Assembly (NCBI GenBank): GCA_045837725.1
Contig: JBEWZL010000013.1
Span: forward strand, 496,001 to 560,000
Reading direction: 5' to 3'
From: Vermamoeba vermiformis
Taxonomy: Eukaryota
DNA length: 64,000 nucleotides
The number at the start of each line of letters is the position of its first letter. Within the stretch, counting starts at the first letter, position 1. Both the position numbers and the translations under genes were made by a program. A model generated the notes under the pieces. It saw only the letters and a list, made by a program, of their open reading frames with translations. It ran no database searches and had not been told where the DNA came from. This document shows, in pieces, positions 13,945-28,193 of the stretch.

Positions 13945-14255
13945 TGAACGCTATGGCAGACAGTGCCTTGGCTAGTGTATTCTATTCGCTGTAAAAAGGC
14001 AACAATTCCAAAACAATCTCTCTCGTGTCTCCAATGTCATGTGTCAGTTGTGATACCAATTATCTCGTAGGATCTGATTCTCGATCACTTTAGTAATTAC
14101 CTTCCACAAAAAGGCAATAACTAACCTCAATCCTCCATACTAACCACTTGCGAGCAAAGATTTGGCCCTCTCTCAAAGTTAATTTGCTATTTACTGTTTA
14201 CAAGTTCTTCTCGTGCAATGGGCCTGTTCAAGTTCAGATCCGGTGAATACTGGTG

Positions 14256-17200
14256 CTAATCTGAGTGCTCGTCATCCGTGAAGTATTGCTGCAACTTTTT
14301 CGCGATCTCCTGCATTGTCTACGAGAGCGTTAAGGAAACAAGGGCGATGAGAAAGAGTGATAAAAATCGATTTAAAAGGTAATTGAAAAGTAAGAAAGAA
14401 TATAGGATACGGGACGTTGATCCGGATCTGGGTGCCAACACGAGAGCATAATAGACTTCAAATGATCGTTCCATTTGTCTGGTATTTCAGGATGATAATA
14501 CTCGTTCCTAATTCAATTAGTACCACTGTTTTTTTCATAATTACAATACACGTACTTGATTTTCATTGCTACATCGATCACGTCCATCTTCGTGTGAGGC
14601 TCATTCTCGCTCAGAATTTCGTACACTAAATACGGAGTCAATTTACAACGGACATCGAGACGGTAGCCTTACTCAATATGCCAAATGTCCACACATCACT
14701 CTTCGTGCTGTAAGTCATGTCAACAATACTTTCCGGAGCCTACAATTGCCAAATTAGAACTTTACATTGAATGTTCCGAGCTTACCATCCATCGTAGCGG
14801 ACCAACAGTTGACTTTGTTTGACCTTTTTGTGACTCTTCTTTGAGCAATCGAGACATACCAAAGTCCTAAACGAAACGAACGTTAGCCAATCAAATAGAA
14901 CTCGTGTCCAAGTTTGCACTCACAGATATCTTTGGTTTGCCTCCACGTGTCAGCTGTAAAACACAATATTACGTTAAGAACATGATCGATGTAAGTATCA
15001 TGATATGTACGTACCAATATGTTTCGTGCAGCAAGATCACGATGAATTATGTTGTTTGTGTGAAGATGCAACAGTCCACGAGCGATGCCTTTGATTAGTC
15101 CAACCTTGCCTTCAAAAGTAAATGCGTTTGATTCATCGAACAGTTTCTTGTCGAGACTGCCACCGCCACAGTATTCCAGCACAATGCATGGCAATGCTCC
15201 GTCAACACTGATGCCAAATGTTTGCACAACATTCGGGTGCGGAGGCAAACCACTTTAACGATTTTAGACAAGCATAGCAATTGAAGGTACGTACATTGTT
15301 AGCACTGCTTCGTCAAAGAATCCATCAACATTGGCTACCGAAGCACATACTTTGATCGCGACCTTTGCGCCTTGCCAGGTCCTTCAGTCAACATTAGCTT
15401 ACTGCTGCTATGACGAGCGCAAAACATACCCTAGATAGACTTTTCCGTAACTTCCAGCGCCTATCTCGCGCTTCCGTTCAAGGGATTCATACGGAATTTT
15501 CATCTTTGCGTTAATAGACGATACAATAAAAGTTAATTTTTTGAACACGGAATTCCTTTTATATTGTTTTACCTATACCGCTCGAGCTCTTCTTATCAAA
15601 AGGAATAGATTTATAGTGAGTGTTGCTACTCGGTTTGTTTGCAAGCTGTTGAACGCTTGAAGAAGAAGATTCGGGTTCGGGTGCTTGTGCAGCAAGGTTG
15701 CCTTGGGTACTTTGTGGTTTCGTGTCCGCCTTTTGTCGGCGCTTGTCTTCAAGGCGATGGTCTTCTTCGGCTTCATCCCTTTTACTTTGCTTTGCCTGCC
15801 TTTTCTTTTCTGCCAGTCGCTCTTTTTCCTCCTTTCGTCTATTCTTTTTCGCTTGATATTTAGTTGCCTCGATTTTTCTCAACTCTTCGTTATTTTGCAG
15901 TTTCTTTCGTTTGTGGCGCTGAAGCAGCACAACCAAAAGTACAGCTCCTGCAGCCAGAACAACGGTCGGAATCAGTACTGCCGGAATAACTATTTGCGCT
16001 AAAGTAGTACACTCTTGCTTTTGTGAGCAGCGATGACTAATGACGCATGAATCACCACACCAGACACATTGACTTGGTCTACAATAGATCGTCAACGAAA
16101 GAAAATAATTGATCCTGAACTTACACGCATTGATCGCAGGTGTTGTACGCAGCACAGTAGAATGTCTCGAGTGTCGTTGGAGCGATCAGAGTGCTGTTTA
16201 GATACTTCACCGTCAAGGTAACCGGTTGATTGGTACTGCTCAATTTCGGCAAGTCACACGTCAAGGTCCAATTACTCGTTACGACTGCAACTATTGAATC
16301 TCCCGTAGACAGCTCACAGTACACGTCGTTTGTTGACAGCGCCGCCCTCTTTGTCGAGTACAATAACTCGGGCAAACTAGGAGCTACGGATATTGTGACA
16401 GTTTCGTCAAAGGATGGATCGAAGATGCTTGGACTAAGAGAAATTTCCAAACATTCGTCCAAGAATATCGCTTTATGAGAACAAATTACTTGGGCAGAAC
16501 ATCTTCCCGACGCAACGCACCAACCACAGTGCTTTTGTTGGTGACACTCCGAAGAACACATGGTAGTGTTCGTGTGGCACTCTGAAGGGTATTAGCATAT
16601 TATTATTACAAAACTGTAACGTACCAAATACTTCGACATCGATTGAATTCGTGTACGGCTGACCAAACGCCATAATTGTCAACTTGGCGTTTTTCAGCAA
16701 GAAGACAGGCACGTCACAATAGACCACGCTGTCGTTGAAAAATGTTGCCTGAGCCGGAATGTCGTCAAACATGCAAACATAAGTAACGTCATTGTAGAAG
16801 TAGCCCCCGTATGCCATGATCGTTTGTTGAGCGTCACTATTAGCAAGGACGTATGACGGAGTTATTGACATGATAGCAGGGCATACGGATAACTGATAAG
16901 GACTTGTGTCACATGATCTCGCACAATGTGTCACACACCACGTGCACCACCTTGGCGTCGATGCACTGATGCACTCGTTACACGAGCCAGTAATGTTTTC
17001 GCAAGCTGAAAGGGTGTTAACAATGACTTATTGACGTAATAATAACTTGCCTATCCAAGAGAATGGCAAAGCGTTGGTCCAAGGCTCCGCACTGCCTAAC
17101 ACTGACAAATGTAACTCGCCTTTTGTTGGATTTGCTACAGCGGGAGAAGTACATCGCACCTCATTTTTCGACGAAGAAGATGCATAGACGACAGCTGATT

Positions 17201-19204
17201 CGTTGTCGTGGTTCCAAACACAGCTCACATTTGCTGGATCAGCAAGAAGACTCACGTCTAAAGTTCCGTTGATAATCACTGGTCTGCCTCCAAGCGCCAG
17301 TACAATACTCGGAGATACTCCGTATATTACTACCCTCATTGTTAGTGACACCTTTTCCAGGTCATGTTTGAAATTATGGAAGTGTACCTGGACAAGAAGT
17401 GGGCGAGGAGTACTTTGTAGACGAACACGAAGCTGACTGATGGATACAAGACGCTGTGTTGCTGCAATAGACGCACTCCGGACGCGTTCCGTCGAGGCAT
17501 TTTGTGCAAGACTGCGTTTCACAATCTACCAGAAGCGTTAGAATTATGCTGTAGAATGGTCTAAGACTTACCAAAGATATTGAAAGCATAGCTCGCAACT
17601 ATTTGGCTATATGATCCTACTGCACTGCTATATAACCAGATCGAAACAGTATGTGTCCCGACGTTAAAATAAGTCGGGATTTGACAAGTTATGCCAAAAG
17701 CGTTCCCACCCGCTGTCGTTGTGTTTCCCATGATTTCGCCGATAGAATCGAATGCGCACCAAACACTTGACCATTCAGATATGCAAATTGCCCTGAAACT
17801 ATAGATTCGTTGTTATTAGATATCACTTTGTTGAATTTCATACGTACGAGTCAGCGTTTGTCCGTCTTGCACTGCCGAAATGAACACATTTGACGGAGAC
17901 ACGGAAGATATCGCTACATCACATAGAAAGTTAAAACGAGACATAACCCTAAATTAGGTCTTACTTGGGCACGTGCCAGAGTCTGCGCACGATGTTGAGC
18001 CTTTGTAGCGACACTGTTGCGTGTCAAAACAGAATGTACACTGGTTTCGGGTCGCTGGACTCGTGCACGAATCACAAGTCTGTCCAAAAGTGTCGCAATC
18101 TCGATTAAACATTAACTTACTATATTATTTGGATATATAATAAAGTCTTACCAAATAAGTAAATTGCTTGAGGCAGAGAGAATACAGCAGATCCAGCTTT
18201 GATCAGGAAATCTACCATCAGTTCACGATTGTATCCACGAGCAATCGTCCAATCAGCTGTTGTTACTGTAGGTGCCTCACATGTGAGGGCAACCGAGGCA
18301 ATTAACACCGCTTGTGTCGCCGTGCTTGTCACTGAACTGCCGTATAAGCACTGATATTCCATATTGGGAATAGGATTCTCAAAAATTACAGTGTAATTGC
18401 CTAAGAATAATATTAGTTTGATTGTTAAATGACTTTTGGACTTACCGCCACCGAGACCTGCTATGGATGCAGTGGTCGGAGATACTTCCGTAATGAGCGG
18501 GTATGCCGGGCTGAAGCCACCCGGGCATCCAATTTTTGAAGAACATTGATTTGTAGGAAGGCACAAGCCGCACATTGGCAGTCCAAAACAGACGGTGCAC
18601 GGATCTCCTGATCCTGTCAAAGCGGAACAACCTAAATTGCAATCATTAGCAATAATTCGCTAGTTTTGATTTCAGTTGTTTTTTCTTCGTTATCAGTAAA
18701 TATTACCACTTACTATAATATTCAAACGCTAAAGTGGTGTTAGACCATTGCGTGCCGTTAACCAGAACTTGAAAAGTTGTATTTCCTGTGGATGCGGCTG
18801 GTGCGTTGCAACGTAGCGTCCTGGTTAACCGTGTTGTTAAATGGCAAGTGGCTCCGTTAGTCAAGATTTGTCCTTGCGAATCTACAAACAAACCGCGTAC
18901 AGTCACGCTAAATCCTCCGTCTGTCGGTCCACTAGCTGGAAATATAGTATAGATCTCTAGTCAAATATAAATACGGTTAAAAAAATTGATTATTAATCAA
19001 AATACTAATTGGGCATTTAAAAAAATCAGATCGCAAGTAAAAAAATTGTGTTTACCTGGGACAAGTGCATGCACTTCAAATTTTAAATGATTTATTTCAG
19101 CAATAACCTGAATTGGTACCGTTAGCAAACTACAATACGAAACAACGAAGATATTTTACCAAAACGCAGAAGATCCAACGTAGAGTTTGCCTGAAACGCC
19201 CCAT
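14256..19204 (-). CDS. Receptor tyrosine-kinase-like IPT/PSI paralogue with a longer charged juxtamembrane region; 1-nt frameshift near 17762
   Basis: Same exon architecture as 9220-13944; MGRFRQTLRWIFCVL signal exon; TM; HRDLAARN; GPLRWMAPE. Confidence 0.85.
14319..14410 (-). other. U12-type GT-AG intron
   Basis: Donor GTATCCTAT; consensus branch TTTCCTTAAC ending 10 nt before the 3' splice site; joins DQRP|TMQEIAKKL. Confidence 0.9.
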
Positions 19205-19303
19205 CAGTTGCTGAATTCAGTTCGCCTGTTGAATAAAATCAAAAATGATTCTTTTTGTCGGACTTTTCCCGCTCAGTCAAGTGTGTCAGGAATTGTGAGT
19301 CAA

Positions 19304-21411
19304 TCACTTGAAATGCTTTTCCGTATATTCGTAGTCCGCCAGCTGCCACTCGCCATCAACTAGCTCTTCTTTGATAATTATTGCGTTATCAGTGATTTTA
19401 GAAGGAGGAGTGTCGTACGGAATAAGCGAGAAATCTTCTATCGACACAGCACCAAACCTTCGAATTAACGTCAGACACGAACACCTACAATATGTTCACC
19501 ACACTTACATATGCGCATCTATTCCTGGAATGACATCATTGCGTTTTCTTCTATTGTACAACTTGGTTGCGAGTTCGTTTACAGTGCCACGCTGATCCGA
19601 GCGACTTGTGATCATCGAAAGCCTATTGATTAAATTTATAATTAATACCGTTTGAATATGACACTGCAATATTTACCTAACGGTCGATGTCTCCCAAATT
19701 CTGCGGGCACGGATCTGGGGTTTTCTGATCTTCTCTTTTGCCAGCTTCATCAACCGACAAGCACTCGTTTTAACTGACTCGTACGTTCCATCAGTATTCA
19801 GTACTACAACAGCTCTTTTGACGAGCATATGCTGCGACTCAAAGTCTATCACTTTAACGCTCGTGTCGTCGCAGATAACTAAACGACCTGGGCTGAACTA
19901 TTAACACAACCTTTATTAAGGTTGCCAAAAGGAGTAAAAAGAATTGATACTTACGCAACTGAACATTGGAGAGAACCTGTCAAATCTACCATGAATCAAA
20001 AAGCTGAAGTCTAACAGCAACCGAAGCGCACAAAGTTCCTTCTTTTTTAGCGCGTCAATGAAGTGAAGGTGACCAGTTTGTGTGCTCCCAATGACGATAA
20101 GATCATCGGCCAAAATAGCTGCTAAGAAACAAGGCGTACTTGCGACAGATCCAGGTTCGGTCGGCCAATTAGCCTCATTCACGACGTTACCTTTGAAATC
20201 CACCAGCTTCCATCCAATACCACCAATCAGCTGCGCGGTGTATAAAATCTGCAAGGATTGATGTCAGCCAGTATGACGAAAATAAGCTTTAAGTAACTTA
20301 CCCGATTGTCACCAAGAGCAAATAATGTTTCATTATATTCATATCTCGGCAATGATGCGACAGTGATGTTTGTCTCTGTGTCAATAACTTCGATTCTGTG
20401 GGGATGTGTAGGAAGAGCAAAGTATTTGCCGTGGAGTTGAAGCAAATTGTCCAAGTACTCCATTGACATGCTCCGCTCGGGGCTGACAACTCTTTCTTTC
20501 AAATTAATTACACATACTAGTTGCTTGTGTTCACTACAAACGAAATTGTGTGAATTCGAATGCAAAATCGAACGCCGGACATACTCTATTCGAATTATTG
20601 ATGGATAGTTAACATCGTTGTTTGGCAAATATCTTGTGCTGTAGATAAGATTGCCTATTGTCTGGAGTCTTGGAGGCAGTTCAATATTGAAAGTTGCGCC
20701 AGTTGTTTCGTCTAACACCGACACAGTTTCACCGCTCTGACAGGAATTAGTACTTCAATAAAATATTTCATTACCGTAGACTCGACGTACAGAATCAAGA
20801 ATCTGATAACCGTGCGTTATAGATTTTACAAAAGTAGCGTCACTTTTGTGCGATGACAGATTTATCAGACGCCTAATGTCGTATCGTTAGTTTCTTCTAA
20901 CAAGTTAGAGGAAGTGTTACCTATTCTGCAAACGAGAGGTTACGTGGACTTTGTTATTTCCTAGAGTAAAAGAGCATCCGTGGTTGTCAGGAACGTTAAA
21001 GAGCTCATAAACAACGCATCTGAAGAACAAATTTCAAAAAATATTCTTTAAATCCAAATCGTGGTCTTACCGTTCTTTTTTCATATTTAAGCGAGCTCTT
21101 ACAAAGGATTTCACACGTTTAGACCACTGTTGGTTTTCAAGTGAGCAGTAGGACAACTGAGAAGGAGATAAAATCTTCTATTTAATTATAAATAATTAGA
21201 TAAATGAAATGCATTCGATTTAATGCCCTAGTTATTTATTTTATTTTTGCATCAATAATTAAATTATTACCTTCCACATCTCCTCGGAAAAGTACTCGCT
21301 CCACCGTTTGCATACACGCTCGAGCAAAATTGCCCGCTTAGCTGAACAATTTTGCAATATCATGCAAAATATCTCCGGTGGAAGAGCTATCCAGCCAGCT
21401 TCGTCCTCCAT
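19304..21411 (-). CDS. F-box protein with a probable beta-rich/propeller-like C-terminal region; multi-exon
   Basis: First exon MEDEAGWIALPPEIFCMILQNCSAKRAILLERVCKRW matches the F-box consensus. Downstream exons are beta-strand rich (IVIGSTQTGHLHFIDA). Confidence 0.75.
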
Positions 21412-21741
21412 AACTTTTTGGTGCTTGATCTGACCAGCTTTATCCTTCTAAGGGCTCGATAATTGCTTTGTTCGCGAACATGGCAATAAACACCCCGACC
21501 GAATATTTGTGCCTGTAAGATCTTACAATTTTCTGGAAACAAATGCCCAAATTGTAGAAGATCGGAAATAAATATTGTGTTCGAACGCAACCTCATCAAG
21601 CTACGGTGCTGCATTGGACAATTCAACCCATATAATACGTTAACACCTACGCTGAAGATAGAGGCAGCGAAAGATAAAGGTTTAAAATCTGGCGCGAAGT
21701 TGAAATTTTGTGCCAATAATTTTGATTATAATACCATTTAT

Positions 21742-24013
21742 TTACTGTGTTGTATCCTCTGCAGGATTATTTTCGCTATTATTTAACTTTTCATGCGCGT
21801 CGTCTTTCTTGCAAACAATTCCTTCGCAAAATGGAGTACCACAAGAACAATCTAATTTCATCTTCTTATTCTTATTGTCGTTGACTTCAATGCCCATCCA
21901 ATCCGACACAAATTGACTAAATCGTTTTTTCTTCTTTTCTAGCCATTCTCTGCCGCGTGAATAAAAATCATCATTTTCTGAGATCAATGCGCCAACTGCG
22001 CCCAAGTAACCTTCGTGTGTCAAAAAATGCGCTTTCATTTCTCCTTTCGACCAAAAATTAATTGCGAATGACATTTTGGCCATTGTGTACGGATGTCCAC
22101 GGATGAAAAATCCTCCGAAATAAATTCTCTTCAGGCCCAATCTCAACGCGTTCAAATAAGCGACTTGACCAATATTGTTCGAAATCATTCGTAGTAAACT
22201 GAGGCAAATATCTTCTTTTCTAAAAAAATGAACGACAAGTCAGATCCAGATCTCGGGAACGCATAAAATTTTCTGAGTAAGTACGTACTTTAAATCGAGA
22301 CTACCGCCCTTCTGTATCGAATACATAATTTTACCAAAACTACTCGCAATAACATCTGACGCGAGACCAATTCGTGAATAATCTGTGCCATAAATATCAC
22401 CGACTAACAAATCGACCCTGCAATAATAATACTGTTAGTAACAGACTCATCGTAACCTCGCTCAGTGAAAATTCAACGTACTTTGTGTTATCGCCTTTCT
22501 CGCTCAATTGTAGCATGTCGTCAAAGTCCGTGAGACCAGTCAACAAGTTGCACAGACCCCAAAAAGTACCTCCTCCCAAACTCGTACCACCGATACGTTC
22601 AAACGATGATTCGGAGTCGACACGAATGATGCTCACACCAGAACCAATATTTACAAGCAAATAAGGGAATGGATTTGCCTGATAAATTGAACTCGTTAGA
22701 GCTTGGATTTGCGAACTCGATTTGTTTAAGGAGATCGGTCCCGATTATATCAATAACTTACAGATGGTGCAGCAAATGTCTTTGGGTTCGGATGATTGAT
22801 GTCTTGAGAGAAAGTAAAGGCCTCACTACAATCATCAAGTTAGCTTGATATATTACGGCAAGTTTAATTAATACTCACTTTGGCACGTTCTTGAGCAAAA
22901 AGTTCAATCCAACGATCAATGTGCGCATTTCATCTTCTTTCTCGAGCTTGACGCCCAATTTATCTTGAAACAAGTTCGCGTACTTGTGCGCACCTCCACC
23001 GGTCACCTTAAGAATGCCAGTCTGATGCAAATTGTTCTCTGTTAAATGTAATAATATTATTAATATCATTATAATAACAACCGTAACATAAGATAGAAAA
23101 TTCTAGAAGAGTCTAAAGTAAGATCTAGAACCGCTTTGATATTGCGTCGGGATATTGTTCTATATATAGATCGTAACGCACCTTGCATAAATTGCAATAA
23201 TTCATCGAGTTTTGTAGCGACTTCAAACTTGATAAAGTGTAACGAACCACCGGCAATTTCTTCTTGATCGTCCTCGCCAGGAGTAGAAGGGACAACAGGT
23301 CTGTTCGGTTCAAAATAAACTAATTTGGCAAGGGAACCACCTATAATATTGAAATTAATACGTTGCTATTTGAAATCGAATAAACGGTGCCGCGCAACGA
23401 ACTGAAAATTGTGAATTCAAATTTCCGCGGTAAACTACGGAGAAAAGATTCCGCTCCGCTAAGATAGGATCAATTTGAATTGTTATTGCATGATTAAAGC
23501 GATTGTTAGGGCTATTGGTGCAATTTAAATTGTTTCGCTTTTCGGTTACAAAAAATTTTGACGTCAAAGCAAGAAATAAATGTTGAACCAATATTTAAAA
23601 ATAGCAAATAGCATGTTAATTAAAGATATGATGGCATTCTTAAATTACATCGCTGTCATAAATAATTTATTTTCAAATCCAATAACTAAAAATTGCAACA
23701 GGTCTTATTTTCTGTTTGCACCGATGCTTCGATAATCGGATAATCACATCTTATTTATTATATTTTTTGAGCACTTACCGATATCAAGACCGACACGTTT
23801 TACTGGATTCTTCTGATTTGGCATAAGGATGCAGACGGGGCAGCTGTCTTTCTTGTGAGACTTGCACTTTATTGATCCTTCGCTGCCTTTGTTGATTAAT
23901 GAAGCGTCGATGAAGTTCCACAGTCGATCCATCTTCGGAACGACGAACCTGGATACGAACCAGCGTCCGACGACCACAAATATAACTGACGGTATTATAA
24001 GCCAAATCCACAT
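21742..24013 (-). CDS. PANK: Type II (eukaryotic/fumble) pantothenate kinase
   Basis: [62 protein letters not shown] and [10 protein letters not shown] motifs. Confidence 0.95.
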
Positions 24014-24108
24014 TTAATATATTTTCATATTAAACGTGCTGTTGTTTCAATTTGAAAGGTTAAAAAAGGTGGATCGAAGAACTTTCCATAATCTTTTGTT
24101 TCAAACTG

Positions 24109-26116
24109 ATGCACACGTCAGCAATGTATTACTTATCATCTCTGATATTTGTCCTGTTAGCTTTGCTGTCGAATCATATCCACAATGCAGTCGCTGTGCA
24201 GATCGTGCCTCAACCAGTCAACGTGCAATCTGGATCTTTCCAGCTTCAATTAAATCCAGAACAATTTCAGATCCACTCGAACTCTGATTCAGGAATATTG
24301 AATCGTGCCATTCAACGAGCCCAGCAACAATCACTTTTCCCGTTTAAAGCGTCAGATGGCCGTCAATACCAAGTGAAAATATCTGTAAAATCCAGCAACG
24401 AGGATTTGTACTTAGGAGTTGATGAATCATACACTTTATCCTTGCAAATTGGTCAAGGTAATTTTTTTGGATATTTATTCTGTAATTAATAATTATTTCG
24501 GCTTGGTATTAATTAGTATTGCACATTTAGGTACCATTGATGCAAATACCATTTGGGGAGCAATGTGGGGTCTTGAGACGCTTTCTCAAACAATTACATA
24601 TAATGGTTCATATTGGTTTACTGAATTGCCGATCTCTATTTCGGACAGACCCCGATATCCTTGGCGGTAAATACGTTCATATCATAAATTAAATGTCCAA
24701 ATACTAATTCTATACTGCGAAGCGGTCTTTTGATCGATACATCGCGACATTTTTTGGAGGTTGATGCAATTTACAGACAGATCGACGCGTTGAGCCATAC
24801 AAAGGTACGACTAATGTTATTAATGCTCAATATGAAGTGTTAATATAGCGGTCATGATAGATGAACGTCCTCCATTGGCACGCTGTCGATGCTCAATCCT
24901 TCCCAATTCAGTCAAAGACAAACCCTTCATTAACACTTGGTGCTTATGCTCCTGATGCAATCTACGAGTACGTGCATATCACCACTTCCTTTTAATAGTA
25001 CTCTATGTTAATATGTTTCGAATAGTCACGAGACAATTCGCTCGATTGTTCGTTACGCCAAAGACCGCGGAGTGCGTGTGGTGGCTGAATTTGACACACC
25101 GGGCCACGCAGCCAGTTGGGGTGTAGGCGATCCCTCTTTGACAGTCACATGTCCTAGATACTCAGCAAATGTCAACAACATCCCGTTGAACCCTGCACAC
25201 GAGCACACATTTAACGTAGTGCAAAGTCTGTTTGGTGAAATGGTTGGACTGTTCCCCGATCAATTTTTCCATATTGGCGGTGATGAAGTCGTGTTCGGAT
25301 GCTGGTACAACAACACGGATGTGGTTAATTGGATGCAGCGAATGGGATTCACCAATGGCGTGCAAGTCGAAGGGTACTTCATCGATCGCATTCAAAAGTT
25401 CTTGGAGAGCTTGAATAGAACTACAATCGTGTGGGAAGATCTCTTTGACGAGGGCGTGACCTTGGATTCCTCCACAATCATTCACGTATGGAAAGATCAA
25501 GGCGTTTTGAATCAAGTATGTTACGCGTACTATTTCCTTAACAGTTCCAATCTTAATTACCTTTTAAGGCTATTTCACAAGGTTACAAAGGACTGATCTC
25601 CGCTGGCTGGTACCTCGGTGTCCAAGTCCCTAAAGAAGGCACAATTCACGGCCTGTATTATGACACGTGGCAAGACTTTTATCAAAACGACCCACTTAAT
25701 GGTGTCACTGCTCCAAAGCATAAGCAAGATCTTATTCTTGGAGGCGAGGCCGCGTATGTATTCTCGAATCTGTTACTCGTTTCACTTTGCTAACAAGTCT
25801 TAGAATGTGGGGCGAACAATGCGATAGCGAGACTTTGGATCAACAAGTCTGGCCAAGAACTGCCGCTACTGGTACGATGAATACTTACTAATATGTAATT
25901 AAATATATCTTGACGTATCATGTGTAGGCGAACGCCTCTGGAGTCCTCAAAGCGTGACAGATCTGGTCAGCGCAAAAATTAGACTGAATTCATTCAGCTG
26001 CCACTTGAAGTAAGTACTAACCTAACTTTTATTACCGATACTAATAGTACTACAGGCAACGAGGAATCAAATCAACCCCGTTGATGCCTGATTATTGCCG
26101 CTTGCCTAAGAAATAA
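24109..26116 (+). CDS. Lysosomal beta-N-acetylhexosaminidase (GH20)
   Basis: Signal peptide; DESYTL; PRYPWRGLLIDTSRHF; MNVLHWH; EFDTPGH; catalytic HIGGDEV; GGEAAMWGE; ERLWS. Confidence 0.95.
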
Positions 26117-26187
26117 AATAGATCCTGCTTTTGAATTAGCTCCGCGTTTATTGTCGTGATTCATAAATAAGGGTATTAATAATAACT

Positions 26188-27252
<1,065 letters not shown>

Positions 27253-27281
27253 TGTAGTAGCTATATTATTGTTCATAACAC

Positions 27282-28193
27282 ATGGGAGTTTTTTGTCTCC
27301 TCGGTTAGTAGTCGTTCGTGGTGGCCTTTTGGTTTGGTTTTTTGGTCTTCTTGCGTCTGTTGGTGTGTGTTTCGTGTTTTTGCTTTTTTTCCTGCTCCTG
27401 CGCAGCTCCTGCGTGTTTTGTGTGTTCGGTTTCGGTTGTTTCGTCTCTCTTTTGAGTTGTTTTTGGCCGTAGACTTTGTTTTCTTGTCTTGTCTGGGGTT
27501 TGGTTTTGTTTTGTGGTTCGCTGACGTCGAGTGTGGTTTCTTGGGTGTTTTGAGCGGTCTTGTTGTTTTGGGCTGTTGGGCGTTGTTGGTGTGGCTTTTG
27601 TTTGTTGTCTGTCGTTTTGGGCGTTGTTTTGTGTTCGCTGCCCTTCTGTTTGGTGTGGGGGTTTTTTCTGTGCGGCCGTGTGTTTCGTGGTGTGCGGTCC
27701 CCTTTGTTGTTTCTGGGTTGGCTGCGCGTCGTCTTTCCTTGGCTGGGGTGTGCCGCTTGTTGTGGGGGGGGTGTGGTTTGGGTTTGTTGTTGGGTGTTGT
27801 TTGTTGCTGTTGTGGGGTGTTTTTTTTTTGGTTTTTTTTTTTTTTGTGTTTTTTGTGGTTTTTTTTTTTTTTGTTTTGCTTTGTTTGTTTGTTTTGCTTT
27901 TTTGTTTTTTGTTGTTTGTTGGCGGTTTTTTGTTTTGTTTTTTTGCGTTTTTTTTTTTTTTGTTGGTTTTGGTTTTGCTGTTGTTTGTGTTGTGTGTTGT
28001 TTTTGTGCGTGGTTTTTTTTTTTGTTTTTGTTTTTTTTTTTTTTGTTTGTGTTTTGTTTTTTTTTGGGTGTTTTTTGTGCTTGCGTGCTCTGTTTGTTTT
28101 GGCGTGCTTGTTTTTGTTTTCTGTTTCTTGAGGTGTGTTGTTGCTTCGGTTTTTTTTTTGTTCTTTTCTTCTTCTTATTTTCGTTCATAACAC
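27282..28193. repeat. G/T-rich low-complexity block, probable long-read artefact
   Basis: Almost no A on the plus strand, long T runs and no periodic unit; bounded by GTTCATAACAC at 27271-27281 and 28183-28193. Confidence 0.75.

Noticed and set aside
24655-24662. ATATCCTT, matching an AT-AC U12 donor
   Set aside because: It lies in the conserved coding motif PRYPWR of the hexosaminidase; the real donor is the GTAAAT just downstream.
25533-25542. TTTCCTTAAC U12-like branch sequence in a hexosaminidase intron
   Set aside because: The donor is GTATGT (U2-type) and the motif is too far from the in-frame acceptor.
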